A stretch of 42,536 bases of DNA. Source: Octopus bimaculoides (taxonomy: Eukaryota). Location of the stretch: NCBI RefSeq assembly GCF_001194135.2, contig NC_068982.1, positions 164,861,777 through 164,904,312 on the forward strand. The letters are read 5' to 3'. The translations under genes were made by a program, and so were the position numbers. The notes under the pieces are model-generated. The model was given only the letters and a program-made list of their open reading frames with translations. It was not told the origin of the DNA and made no database searches. Below, one piece after another: positions 11,192 to 23,145 of this stretch. Each line of letters starts with the position of its first letter. The first letter of the stretch is position 1.

Positions 11192-12114
11192 TTAGCAGAA
11201 GCAACAAAGTGACACAAGGTTCGAAAGTTTGGTGCGTTGGCACTAGTCAAGTTTGTAATAGGTTGAAGGTCTGCATGTTTATATAGCTGCTGATAAACAA
11301 ACATGTTCCGTTTTCGCAATCATCTTTTTCAGATATATTTTCTTTGGAGGTATGGGAATATTTTCCCTTGAGTAAGGCAGGTGGTAATTCTCCATGCTGA
11401 CATTCGAGTGTGTTGATAGAATTCTTTAAGGTCTAGGAGCGAAGCATAGGTATTTTGGTGCAAGCAGGAAAAATAAAACTCAAGATATGAGTGTATATTT
11501 TTATTAATATTTAGCAGAAGCAATAGAGTGACTCAAGGTCCGAGAGTTTGGTGCGTTGTTACAGGTTCATGTTGCCGTTGATAAACAAATATGTTCCATG
11601 TTAGGAAATTAAGGTTTTCTTAAAACTTATGCCTATATTATGAGTATATTATGAAATAATATTATTATTGGGCATTATGAATTTTAACAGGTAAGCAGTC
11701 AGTTTTGCATGCTGCACTGTAAGGTCAGGATGAGGTATATTGTCAAAATGAAGGTCGTTAGGTGTAAATAGCCAAGCGGTAAAACTGTAACAAATTGGTT
11801 AGACCTTAGCAAACCTTTATAAGCAGAGATAATTGTACACTCATTTTTTGTGACAGTTAAAGTTATATTTTTTTCTGTGAGACAAAGTTGTTCAATTGGA
11901 TTCTAGAAGATATGAATGCCTGTTTAGTTTATGCACTTTGTGCTTTGTGTTACGCATTTATGAATTTATTTCATAATCCAGGAATTCGCCAGAACTTTTG
12001 TTTGTCAGATTTAAATAATTTCTGTGTCACATCTGGGTGAGTACAAAAACCTTTTAAGTTATGTTATTGTAATATTTATGTGAATTTTGAACGCTGCATA
12101 TGTGGCTATTTTCT

Positions 12115-12355
12115 TATTTCTTTATTGTCCACAAGGGGGCTAAACATAGAGGGGACAAACAAGGACAGACAAAGGGATTAAGTCGATTACATCGACCCCA
12201 GTGGGTAACTGGTACTTAACTTATCGACCCCGAAAGGATGAAAGGCAAAGTTGACCTCGAATAAGTCGACGGAATTTGAACTCAGGACGTAATGGCAGAC
12301 GAAATACCGCTAAGAAACTCGCCCGTGGTGCTAACGTTTCTGCCAGCTCGCCGCC
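12115..12355 (-). mobile_element. tRNA-derived SINE family A (tail type 1)
   Basis: A-box-like gagctggcagaa, B-box gagttcaaattcc and central gcctttcatcctttcggggtcgataa. A 14-bp TSD tgtggctattttct lies at 12101-12114 and 12369-12382. Confidence 0.9.
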
Positions 12356-12663
12356 TTTTGTGGTTATTTGTGGCTATTTTCTATTAAGATAAATATTGAA
12401 AATGTTATATAAATAGCTAGAGGGGGCATGAATTTAATTTTTCATGTAGACAATTTTTTGTATTAGACAACTAAACTGTAAATATTGTCTAAAGGTTACT
12501 CAGCATGCTTGTATGAAACAGTTTTGTGTGAATTTAAAGCAAGCTAGATTATTCGTTTGACTATTTTTTAACTATAATTATTGATATAGTCTGGCAGTCA
12601 CTTTCTGTCATGAACTTTTAGTTTAAATGGTTGCTTTGACATTAGATTTATTTGTGTTTAAGT

Positions 12664-12963
12664 TCAAATTTCGAAAACCAAATATATGAAGCCAATTTAT
12701 GAAACTAAATTTTGAAACCAAATTTGTGAAACCAAATTTATGAAACCAAATTTCGGAATCCAAATTTCGGAAACCACATTTATGAATCCAAATTTATGAA
12801 ATCAAATTTATGAAACCCAATTTATGAAACCAAATTTCGGAATCCAAATTTCGGAATCCAAATTTATGAAACCATATTCTTGAAACCAAATTTATGAAGC
12901 CAAATTTACGAATCCAAAGTTATGAAATCAAGTTCGTGAAACCAAATTTCTGAATCCAAATTT
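12664..12963. repeat. 14-bp minisatellite (ccaaatttatgaaa / ccaaatttcggaat), about 21 diverged units
   Basis: Directly visible periodicity. Confidence 0.9.
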
Positions 12964-13030
12964 TTAAACTGTATATATTTTACTTTTGTTAATAATATTT
13001 TTAAAAATCTTTTTGGTGTATTGCTGCTTT

Positions 13031-13070
13031 GAATTTACACAACCAACATCATTGTTGGTTGTGTAAATTC
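13031..13070. other. Perfect 18-bp inverted repeat with a 4-nt loop
   Basis: gaatttacacaaccaaca-tcat-tgttggttgtgtaaattc. Confidence 0.95.
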
Positions 13071-13084
13071 GGGTTATGGCCACC

Positions 13085-13315
13085 AGGTCGTAACAGCCAT
13101 TAATAATTAATTATTTGCATACACATTAGCAATTCGCTAAATCAGCTATAGATTTCTATGGTGTAGATATACGTATATACTGACGGCGATTTTGCCTGAG
13201 ACCAGCACAATCGAACCAACCCTACTGAAGAGGCTGCGGTGTAAAGCTGAAACTCTTTGGTCAGTATAGGGATATCTCGACTGCTATTTCGGGCGATTAC
13301 GGTCCCTGTTAGTAT
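13085..13315 (+). mobile_element. Hammerhead-containing dispersed repeat (solo PLE pLTR-like), copy 1
   Basis: Homologous to the reverse complement of 27046-27260, sharing tacacattagc.attcgctaaatc, tatactga and cgattac..tccctgt. Confidence 0.75.
13220..13271 (+). ncRNA. Type I hammerhead ribozyme motif
   Basis: cccta-CTGAAGA-ggct...agct-GAAA-ct...ag-TA-taggg: 5-bp helix I, 4-bp helix II, 3-bp helix III and a GUA triplet at 13264-13266. Confidence 0.75.
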
Positions 13316-13434
13316 GTATGTATAAAATTATGTGCTTTGACTGCAGCGTTAGAGCGGTTTAACCCTTATTTCTATCTTTGTAAGTTTTCAAACACCCCCA
13401 GTCATATTTAATGATTATATATATATATATATAG

Positions 13435-13766
13435 TTATCGCCAAGCCAACCTGGCAGTCCCAAAATTAGGACGAAAGCTGCTGTGAATTAGCTCCAAGAA
13501 GCCATCGCCTCTAGCTAGCTATGTGACACACGAAACCTGTGTCCTTTATAACCTTCGAACAGGGGAGGTCAGCAGTCTCCCCCTGCTGGTTTGGCATCTG
13601 CAGACTAGTTTCAGGGTGTTGCCCCTTGTCAATGCAGAGCAGCCAAGCCCCAGCCAGGCGGCGCTGCCGACCATCTGCTCGAAGGTTATTTATCTAATTT
13701 CAGTGGAATGTATCCACTGGTTTTCAGAAATAGAGTTATTAATATTTCTAAGTCTCTCTAAAGGAG
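13435..13766. repeat. GC-rich segment, probably an interspersed repeat of unresolved class
   Basis: Abrupt GC-rich block starting at a (TA)n tract and running into a gap. I recognised no protein motif. Confidence 0.35.
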
Positions 13767-14387
13767 NNNNNNNNNNNNNNNNNNNNNNNNNNNNNNNNNN
13801 NNNNNNNNNNNNNNNNNNNNNNNNNNNNNNNNNNNNNNNNNNNNNNNNNNNNNNNNNNNNNNNNNNNNNNNNNNNNNNNNNNNNNNNNNNNNNNNNNNNN
13901 NNNNNNNNNNNNNNNNNNNNNNNNNNNNNNNNNNNNNNNNNNNNNNNNNNNNNNNNNNNNNNNNNNNNNNNNNNNNNNNNNNNNNNNNNNNNNNNNNNNN
14001 NNNNNNNNNNNNNNNNNNNNNNNNNNNNNNNNNNNNNNNNNNNNNNNNNNNNNNNNNNNNNNNNNNNNNNNNNNNNNNNNNNNNNNNNNNNNNNNNNNNN
14101 NNNNNNNNNNNNNNNNNNNNNNNNNNNNNNNNNNNNNNNNNNNNNNNNNNNNNNNNNNNNNNNNNNNNNNNNNNNNNNNNNNNNNNNNNNNNNNNNNNNN
14201 NNNNNNNNNNNNNNNNNNNNNNNNNNNNNNNNNNNNNNNNNNNNNNNNNNNNNNNNNNNNNNNNNNNNNNNNNNNNNNNNNNNNNNNNNNNNNNNNNNNN
14301 NNNNNNNNNNNNNNNNNNNNNNNNNNNNNNNNNNNCAGTACCGCTGCCGTAGTCTCCTTTAGAGAGACTTAGAAATATTAATAACTC

Positions 14388-14423
<36 letters not shown>

Positions 14424-14427
<4 letters not shown>

Positions 14428-14467
14428 TTTTATTCTTTTACTTGTTTCAGTCGTTTGACTGTGGCCA
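14424..14467 (-). mobile_element. SINE family B 3' tail fragment
   Basis: ttcttttattcttttacttgtttcagtcgtttgactgtggcca matches the tail at 37744-37797. Confidence 0.75.
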
Positions 14468-17004
14468 AACAAGACACTTCACGGGAAAATGCTCTTCCAA
14501 TATATTTCTGCCAAGTCATTATTTATCAAAGTAGTATCTATAAGGAAGGGTTTCCTATTATTGTTTATTCGGTGTATTTGATTTTGAGTGAAACACCCGA
14601 ATAAAACGAGAGGAATATTATTCAAATTTGTATTGTATTACGTGTTGGTTTGAGATCTTCTGATCTACTGTAATCCGAAGTGTTTATTTATTGCTGAATT
14701 GTAACACTCAGTAGTGTGTCATCATCTGACAGAGTTGAATATATGAGATAATATTTAAAGACAATAACTGCATTAACAAATAAAACGTACACTCATATCT
14801 TCACAATGGATATAGTTAGCTTTCGTGAAGAAATGAATAAATTGAAACTGGAAACTTGCACACATTAATATATTTATGTGTGCAAGGAGCAATCATTCCC
14901 TTGCGAGTCGAACCGTATTTACCTGTTGCTGATGTAATAAACTATGTGATAAGCAAATTCCCTTCTATTTATCTCGGCGAAAAATGTAGGCACGATACTT
15001 TGCTTATAGTTACTTTGTCTGTACATATTTTCTCATAAAACTTTCGCTGCATTTCTTTCTGAACTTAAATTTCTATGAAAGAGTAAGATATATCTCACTC
15101 TTTCTCATTTTCCCAGTCTCTATGTAGTTCCCTTTTAAATCTTTTTTCATTTATTCTGCATTTTATCAAATCAAAATTTATAGCACAGAGATAGGGGGGG
15201 GGGAGTTTTAAAAATAATCTCATTTGGAATATTTCTCTAATTTTAAGTGAGTTAGCCTGGATTTTACAAACTTATGTTCAAAGACAATGTAGCTGTGACC
15301 TTCTCATCTAGATTAGAATATTTTTTTAATATTTTCCTTGTTTAAGATGGTACAGTTTGATTTAAGGGTGAAGTAGCTGCTACTTCTAAATGGACGAGCC
15401 ACCGCGTAGAGTTTTTTTCGTTAGCTATGTCTATAAAAGCAAGATTTGATACTACTGGCATCTGCACTATATTTATGGTCTTAAAAAGTTTCATGTAAAA
15501 CTTTTTGCTTTAAGTTTGGACAGTTTTATATATTATGGTAGTAATTTGTGAAACTTGAAACAGTGAGTCCAATGTAAATTTAACTAGAGATGTGGCTTTG
15601 GGATAAACTACTATTTCTCTAATATGAAATTGAAACTTTACAAGAAGTTTAAGTAACGAGTGTGATATCTTCAACGAAATGTGATGAAACAGATTTCTAT
15701 GTGATTTTAATGTTACAGTTTGGTATATTCCTATTTCTTTATTTTCTTAACTTGCGCTAATATTTCTTTTATATCATTTCATTATTTTTCTTTCTTACGT
15801 ACTGTATTCTCTTTAATCTCTTAATAAATAATTATTTCCACATTTACTACTTCTTTTGTCAAATTTTACAGTTCTATAACACTTCAACCTGTCTTGCTGA
15901 TTTTAATATTTCTGTTTTATTAAATTTAACCTCATCTCGATTTCTTCTCCAGTCGTCTTTATTATACCAGTATTTTATTTTCTGGTGCTTTACTTCTGCC
16001 CCTCCCTATTTCTTAAATTCTAGCTAACTCTTGCCCAGCCCCCATAACATTTTATTACATTAAAAAAATATATATCTAAAACATTGATTATACACGCAAC
16101 TTCAAATATACTGGATCACTGTGGCTATATTTTAATGCTGAGACACGTGATCATCCACAGTCTTTTGTTTAATGCTTATCGTCTACAATTTCACTCGATT
16201 AGATAATTGCAGAGTATTTAGACATAAAAGAGTGATGAAAGAACAAGATTCTTGTGTGTATTTGAATGTAAAATCAAATGCGGTATTGGTAGTGTAATTG
16301 TACGTGCCAAAAATGGGAGCGTATTTGAAGAATAGTAAAGGAGTTTTGTCAAGTATATTCCATTTAAATTTGAAAATTCTAAAATCTCAGATAATTGTTC
16401 AAAGCTAAACTTTTATGATTTTTGATTAGAAACAAAACGAAACAGTATTGATATAAAGCTGATAAAGAATTTAGGGTTTCATTAGTTGGTTTCTCATCCT
16501 GCTAGAAATAGCAGCTAGCTTAGTTTCATATCGCATTCTATATTCTTAAAAAAAGGAAAGAGCACATGAACAATGTGTCGTAATTTATGCTTACAAATAC
16601 AGGACTCCAAATCTAATTAGCTCTATAGAATGTCTGTTTGACTGGGACAAAGGTTTGTGTTAATAAATTCAATTTGACGCAAAATTCCACTAAACTACAA
16701 TCAGAACAAATCTTTTCACACATTAAAACAAACACTTATATCGCATACTATAGCTACTGATATTACACATATTGCTCTGGCGGATATCATAATTAGTCGA
16801 AGAACAGAGACATATGTAAAAGAACACAATAGACAATAAAGTGTTTCATGAGATTCTCTCGTTCAAATTTGGGTCTAAAATATTTGAGTAGTTCTAGTTG
16901 TAGCAGCAGCTGCACTCGTAAAAGGAAACTATTGTGACGTAGCAACATGTGCGTATGTCTGTGTATATATTGCATATATATATATATTGAGAATTTACAG
17001 AAAG

Positions 17005-17790
17005 ACAAAAGACGAAGACGGGCGTGTAAACAACAAACAGATGTACTAGGTTAACGCTATTAAATTACAGTTTAACATTATATAAATAACAGAGCGGGTT
17101 ATAAAAAACCCTTGCATTCCTAGAAATAGCTGTTAGAACCGCTATAAAGCCACTAGTATATTCGTAAATATATATATATAAATATATAAAAGAAAACTAA
17201 AAATGGAACAAGAACGTAACAGGCGACAACAAAAGATCCGGACAGTTAGACGATACAAAGCAGGACAGGCAAAAATAAGGACGGGTCATTCGGAGATTCC
17301 TATTCTCAGTCGAGTTCCAGATTATCTCAGCAGGTTCGGCCGGTTAACTCGAGACTGCTCCAATCTGGCCGGCCCCAAGAAAATCTAAGCTAAGAGCACT
17401 AGATTCCTTGGAAGAAAGCAACTGTATGTATACGAAAACATGGACGAAAAAACAGAGAAATAGTGCACAACTACAAATACAAACTACAGGATATTAACAA
17501 CAGTTATCTTTCGACTAAGGACGAATTAAATTAAGATGGCGTGTGTGGAAGTGAAGCCTTACGTCAGGGACATAAGGGATGAAAGTCATGGGAAGGAATA
17601 TAAGAGATGCTACATGGATTGTAGTTGAACCAAGAAAGAATTGTTACGCTTGGTGGATCACTGGTCAGGTGGAAGGAGAGGAAAGATGTAGGTGCAGAGG
17701 GATTGAAGAATTTGGGGACGAGAAAGAGAGAAAAAGAAAGGAAAGGGACAGAGTGAGGTAAAAGAGAAGGCAAAGTGAGAATGAAGGGAG
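17005..17790 (-). mobile_element. Probable PLE-associated non-coding repeat (pLTR-like) next to PLE copy 3
   Basis: Contiguous with the RT fragment and has strong purine/pyrimidine strand skew. The assignment rests on position and on recalled resemblance to octopus PLE terminal repeats, not on a search. Confidence 0.4.
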
Positions 17791-17794
17791 GGCC

Positions 17795-18075
17795 AAGAAA
17801 TGTGGTATATGCTGGAAAGCAGGTTTTAGGAGGACGTCAATAGAGTTACTGAGTCTGTGTCTCACAGGATGGACCGTCCACAATTGGCCTCATTTTGAAA
17901 TCTCTCGGATGTGGAATATTTATGACTAAACAAATCAATGTGCTACAGGCTCCATTTATGACTTCAGTTCCGTGGAATTTGGAGAACCTATAAAGGTTAC
18001 TGGTTTTACAGTCAAATCTAGTTAAGTAATCCCTCTTCTCAGGAAAATCTTATTGGAACTGATGTATAAGGGTGG
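17795..18075 (-). mobile_element. Penelope-like element copy 3, RT N-terminal fragment
   Basis: KRDYLTRFDCKTSNLYRFSKFH...IPHPRDFKMRPIVDGPSCET/HRLSNSIDVLLKP aligns to the same block in copy 1. Confidence 0.85.
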
Positions 18076-18144
18076 TAAGCTTTGCATTATTTTGGAGTGA
18101 GTATAGTTGCCGATTTTTTTCTTAGTAGGTATTGTCTTGTCTTA

Positions 18145-18308
18145 TACGATGGATTTCTTTCAGTTTCCGTCTGCTAAATCCACTCAGAAGACTTTAGTCG
18201 GCCCGAGACTATAGTAGAAGGCACTTGCTGATTGTGCCGTGCAGTGGGACTGAACCCGGAAACGTGTAGTGGAAAGCAAGCTTTCTACCACACAACCCCG
18301 CCTGCTCC
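18145..18308 (-). mobile_element. SINE family B, 5' half
   Basis: Matches 38075-38239 (ttctttcagtttccgtct...gggactgaacccggaa...ccgcctgctcc). Confidence 0.85.
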
Positions 18309-18334
18309 GATATATTATTTATTACATCTACAGA

Positions 18335-18370
<36 letters not shown>

Positions 18371-19084
18371 GTGAGAGACATATATATATATAGAGAGAGA
18401 GGTGGTATAAAGAGGGAATTCCTTTGTAAGTGCCATTCAGGAATTTGTGGATTACGTCTAGGGACACGGACAAAAGCTATTATGTTTTTAAAGAAATAGC
18501 CAAAAGTCTCTTACCTAAGAAATATAACATATCTTACTAGAGTTTATCGAAACCATGATGCTGTTTCAAGTTGCTAGCAACCTCGATTTTTTAACTTTCT
18601 TTTTATAGTTATTTTCTTTCTTTAATGTTGAAATATTTTATTTTCACCACTTCGATTTACTTCTCTAACACATTTTTCTTTGTGCTTTTATTCCTTATTC
18701 CTTATTGCTTACGTATCCATTCAGAATGCCTTTTGTTATTCTTTCTAGTTTTCACTCTTCTTTAGTTCTTATTTTGTATATGTTAGAATTCCAGCATCTA
18801 AAGATGCGCATAGCTTTAATAATAAACATTATGACTTAGCTCGCTTTCCGAAAACCATTCATTGTCCCATGACCAGTAGTTTGTAGCGACAATGATAGTT
18901 TAAGTAGCAACAATAAACTGAAATTCTAACATGGCGAATTCACGTGTTGGTAACTGGTAACTAGGTTTACCCACCCTTATCTTTCTTTACTGTATGATAT
19001 TTTATGACATTCTCTACATTACTATGGTTCATACATCATTTTACGTTCTCACTTTCAGGAAAGATACAAGATCCATATACATCC

Positions 19085-19114
19085 ATAAATAAATAAAGAA
19101 ATAAAGAAATAAAG

Positions 19115-19151
<37 letters not shown>

Positions 19152-19322
19152 CAAACATATTTATATATACATACATATATATATATATATATATATGTAG
19201 ACACACACATATATATATATATATATACCTGCCTGTCTATATTTATCCTTTATATATATGTCTGCATCTATGTACGATGTATATTTTCCACCCTTTGCAG
19301 CCGTTAATTCTGTGTGAATGTG

Positions 19323-19370
<48 letters not shown>

Positions 19371-19385
19371 CGCGCGTGTGTGTTG
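19085..19385. repeat. Compound microsatellite cluster of (AAAT/AAAG), (AT)n, (TG)n and (CG)n
   Basis: Directly visible. Confidence 0.85.
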
Positions 19386-20442
19386 CCAAGTTACGTAAGT
19401 TTAATGCTTATCAGTTTATATGCAACATTTACGCATAAAATGTCAACAAACTGACAATAAATTACACCACTTTTTCCTATTTTTATGTTTAAACTCTTTG
19501 TCTTTTACGATGTTTTGCTTATGATTTCTGTTGGAAAGTTCCAAAAATAAGGTTTCCATTCTATTTTAGAGCATTCTTGAACTTTTGGACATGAAAAGAG
19601 ATTTCATAATTATAACTTATCATGGTCACTGCCGTAAAGAAACGATCATATTTACGATGCGATTTTGTAACCACGTTTTCATTCAATATCAAAGTAGATT
19701 TGCTTAATATATCTTGAATAAATTTGTTACTCAAGCGTTGTATTTCCTGCTCCGGTCTATACGTAAAAATATGATATCTCGGTCAAATCCCACTCCGCAA
19801 ACGGGAAAAACTAAACTTAGAAATCTGTCATGACTAGAATGCCAATCACTACCATTATGCTCATTAAGGGCTACTCAACGAAGTCTTCAATAAGTGCATG
19901 AACATCATTCTTTTCTTTTTTCATACCCATGCATTAAAAATTCATAATGTATACTTCAAGAATGACATGAAGAAATCTGTACTTAATAATGTTGGAGTGA
20001 TATATCCATGTTGCTAAAGTAATGAGATAATTATTTATGCATGGCCAATTCACATTCACTCAATGCTTCTCTCTCTCTGTCTCTCTCTCTCTCTGTCTCT
20101 CTCTCTCTGTCTCTCTCTCTCTGTCTCTCTCTCTGTCTCTCTCTCTCTCCCACCCGGTGTCACAGTCGTTATTTCAGTTAACTGTGCTGCCTTGAGATTT
20201 GGTGAAGAAAACCAGTTTTGTAGTAAACTATTAATATGTATTTTATTTTAACATAAGTTCTGCATTTATTTATTACATATAATGTAAATGCACGCGCGCG
20301 CGTGTGTAAAGACAGAAAATTTATAATAATCGGCTGAAGAAAGCTATATTGAAATTTAAAGTATGCACACTATTCTTTGTGTGTATGTGTCAGCATACTT
20401 CTAGAAAGATCAATTTACTTAGACACAGGTATACATACATTG

Positions 20443-20486
<44 letters not shown>

Positions 20487-20541
20487 GCATACATGCGTAT
20501 ATATACATTGATGTATACACACACACACACACACACACACA

Positions 20542-21697
20542 CAAGGGTAAGTCAAAATTTATATGCGCTCTTGTTTCTGCAATTTTTTCAAGACAATCGC
20601 AGTGTTGAAAAATAGCGCCATTTTCCGACATAATCTTATTTTTCGATGTACATTTAATATTGCATAAATAATCGCGCAGCAATTTATGCATCTTTCCTGC
20701 TCTTCTTCGTCTGTAGCAGCCAAGGACCTTGTAAAGAATATTTGAGCACTCCAAAAGCTGTTAGCCGGGTGTGAACTGTATGCAAGGTGTTTCAGTAACT
20801 CGAAATCCATTTTATGAATGGTTTCAACGGTGTGGGCGGTTCTACGTGGACATGCTTTGCCGTGCAACAATAATAATTTGACAATAAACTTCGGCGCCTG
20901 GTGCAAGTTCCTGCTTTATTTTCGTTGTCCAGTGTAACTGTGGATTCGTTTTGTAGGTTATTTTTAAATAATAATAATAAAAAAAAAAAAGATGTTTAGT
21001 ATAATTTTATTATGGTAAGTTGAGTCTTGATTTTTTTTTTAAGCTGCCGAGTCTAGGTGTTTCCACTCCATACTCTGCCTTTTGAATTCTGGATCGAAGT
21101 GATAGACACAGATCTCATGTCCAAAAGAACTTCGCCTTCATTCTTTTATCGGTCTAGTAAGGGTTGATAGTCTTCTAGACTATTGCGTTTGTAAGCTTCG
21201 GTAAGCTATCTTTGGGTGTATCTAGCAAAGACTTTTACAGAAGTGATGCTTGTCGAAGGTGGTTTTGTATACGGAGCAATGACTAATTTACAGAGAACAT
21301 GCCACCTCCTCGATGCTCGCTCGTCGGTTCACCATCACCATCATTCGAACTTGTTGAATCTTCATATCAGTGTTGGAGATCGAAGGGCATCGTGCCCCTT
21401 CTTCGTGTTACAACTTAGCCAGTCATTTGTAGACTTCTCGATTGACTTATACACAGTTTTATGCGGTAGAACGCTGTCCTCATTTTACAACGAAAGCCGA
21501 TGATAAATTTCAGCCCCTGACACATCAGCAGACCAGAGAAATCATTTCCATGATCGCTTTTCTTCTCTGGTGCATAACTGCCGCAGGAGCGGCCATATAT
21601 CCTCTAACACAAGAAAGAAAACAGTACCCCATGTTAAACTTCGGTTACGTAACCTTGAGTATCATCTTTTAGCTTGTCAGTGGTGAAGGCATATATA
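20542..21697 (-). mobile_element. Decayed mariner transposon (transposase pseudogene)
   Basis: ATG at 21596: MAAP..CTREEKRS..FLWS..VSGAEIYHRLS; then GHEICVYHFDPEFKRQSMEWKH (DETW region), LLLHGKACPRRTAHTVETIHKMDFELLKHLAYS (HDNARPH/YSPDLAP regions) and CDCLEK. A 3' TIR-like caagggtaagtcaaaa starts at 20542; I did not find the 5' TIR. Confidence 0.9.
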
Positions 21698-21794
21698 TAC
21701 ATATACATAATATATATATACAAACACACACATATATATATATATATACATACATGTTTATATGTATATATATACACACACACATATACACATA

Positions 21795-21999
21795 GGCGCA
21801 AGTATGGCTTTGTGGTAAGAAGCTTGCCGTTCTGGGTTCAGTCTCACTGCATGACACATTGGGTAAGTGTCTACTATTATAGCCTCGAGCTGACGAAATC
21901 CTTGTGAGTGGATTTGGTAGAGGGGAAACTGAAAGTAGCCCGTTGTATATATATATACACGCACACACACATATATATAAATAGATACATATATACATG

Positions 22000-22046
<47 letters not shown>

Positions 22047-22270
22047 GTGTGTGTGCCTTTGTTTATCACCCAATCAGCATCTGACAACCGGTGTTGGTGT
22101 ATTTAAGTCCCCGTAATTTAGTAGTTCAGCAAAAAGTGCCGATAGGTTAAGTACTAGGCTTAAAATAGAAATAAGTCCTATGGTCGATTTGTTCGACTAA
22201 GACCCTTAAAGGAGTTGCTCGCACATGGCCGCAGTAAAATGAATGAAACGAGTAAGAGAATAAAAGAATA
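21795..22270 (+). mobile_element. Composite SINE family B (tRNA head, internal (TA)(TG) tract, second domain, tail)
   Basis: Colinear with the reverse complement of 37744-38239. Confidence 0.9.
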
Positions 22271-23107
22271 TGAATATTTCCCTTCCGACTTAGGGACAAA
22301 AGCATAACTACTGAGTTCGCTAGCAACGAATTGTGTTTGAAATCGAACCCCACCCTGCATACGTTAAAGTGGAAAATAGTCGAAAGTTGCACACCATATC
22401 TTCTCGGATCAAAAAAATGTAAGCTATACCTAACTGAAAGAACTCAGATCCCTTTCATATTTAAGATCTCTAATTCACTGTTGAACTTTAGATCCTAAAT
22501 TTTCTGCAGTTATAGATAAAATTAACTTTAGGCTTTAAGCCATTACCTTTTCAGCCTTATAATTTGCAGTCTAAAGGGAAGTAACTCTTATTCCCCTTCT
22601 GCTTCTCTGATTAACTTTTCCTTTTTCGGTTTTCCATCCTTCCACATTTTGTAAATGCTACCTTCTGGCCTTTTCTCTCATTCCATCTTTAGTTCTTAAT
22701 GCCATGTGAGCAGCATCTGACAATTGTGCTGGGTAATCAGGTGTGTTATAAAACATTGTTTGGGCTGCTCTCAACACACGAATCTAATAGTAGCTCATAA
22801 AAACATATATTGTATTTATTAGATAATATTTATCGCTCATCAGATGGAGTACATTTTATGATGATCTTACCATCACGGAACAATACATTATATATATATA
22901 TATATATATATATATNNNNNNNNNNNNNNNNNNNNNNNNNNNNNNNNNNNNNNNNNNNNNNNNNNNNNNNNNNNNNNNNNNNNNNNNNNNNNNNNNNNNN
23001 NNNNNNNNNNNNNNNNNNNNNNNNNNNNNNNNNNNNNNNNNNNNNNNNNNNNNNNNNNNNNNNNNNNNNNNNNNNNNNNNNNNNNNNNNNNNNNNNNNNN
23101 NNNNNNN

Positions 23108-23145
<38 letters not shown>

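Noticed and set aside
13448-13500. Hammerhead-like gtcc...ggacGAAA stem
   Set aside because: The upstream core reads ctggca instead of CUGANGA, and no helix I pairing is possible.
13729-14391. Perfect 38-bp inverted repeat flanking the gap (13729-13766 versus 14354-14391)
   Set aside because: Exact identity at contig ends is most simply an assembly or gap-filling artefact. Long reads would be needed to show a real hairpin.
14922-16690. Other minus-strand donor/acceptor pairs (14922-15020, 16593-16690; also 40909-41089)
   Set aside because: They have weak acceptors or stops in all frames, at about the rate expected by chance in AT-rich DNA.
17050-17160. Expected hammerhead in the PLE copy 3-associated repeat
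   Set aside because: I found no CUGANGA...GAAA arrangement with valid helices on either strand of 17005-17790.
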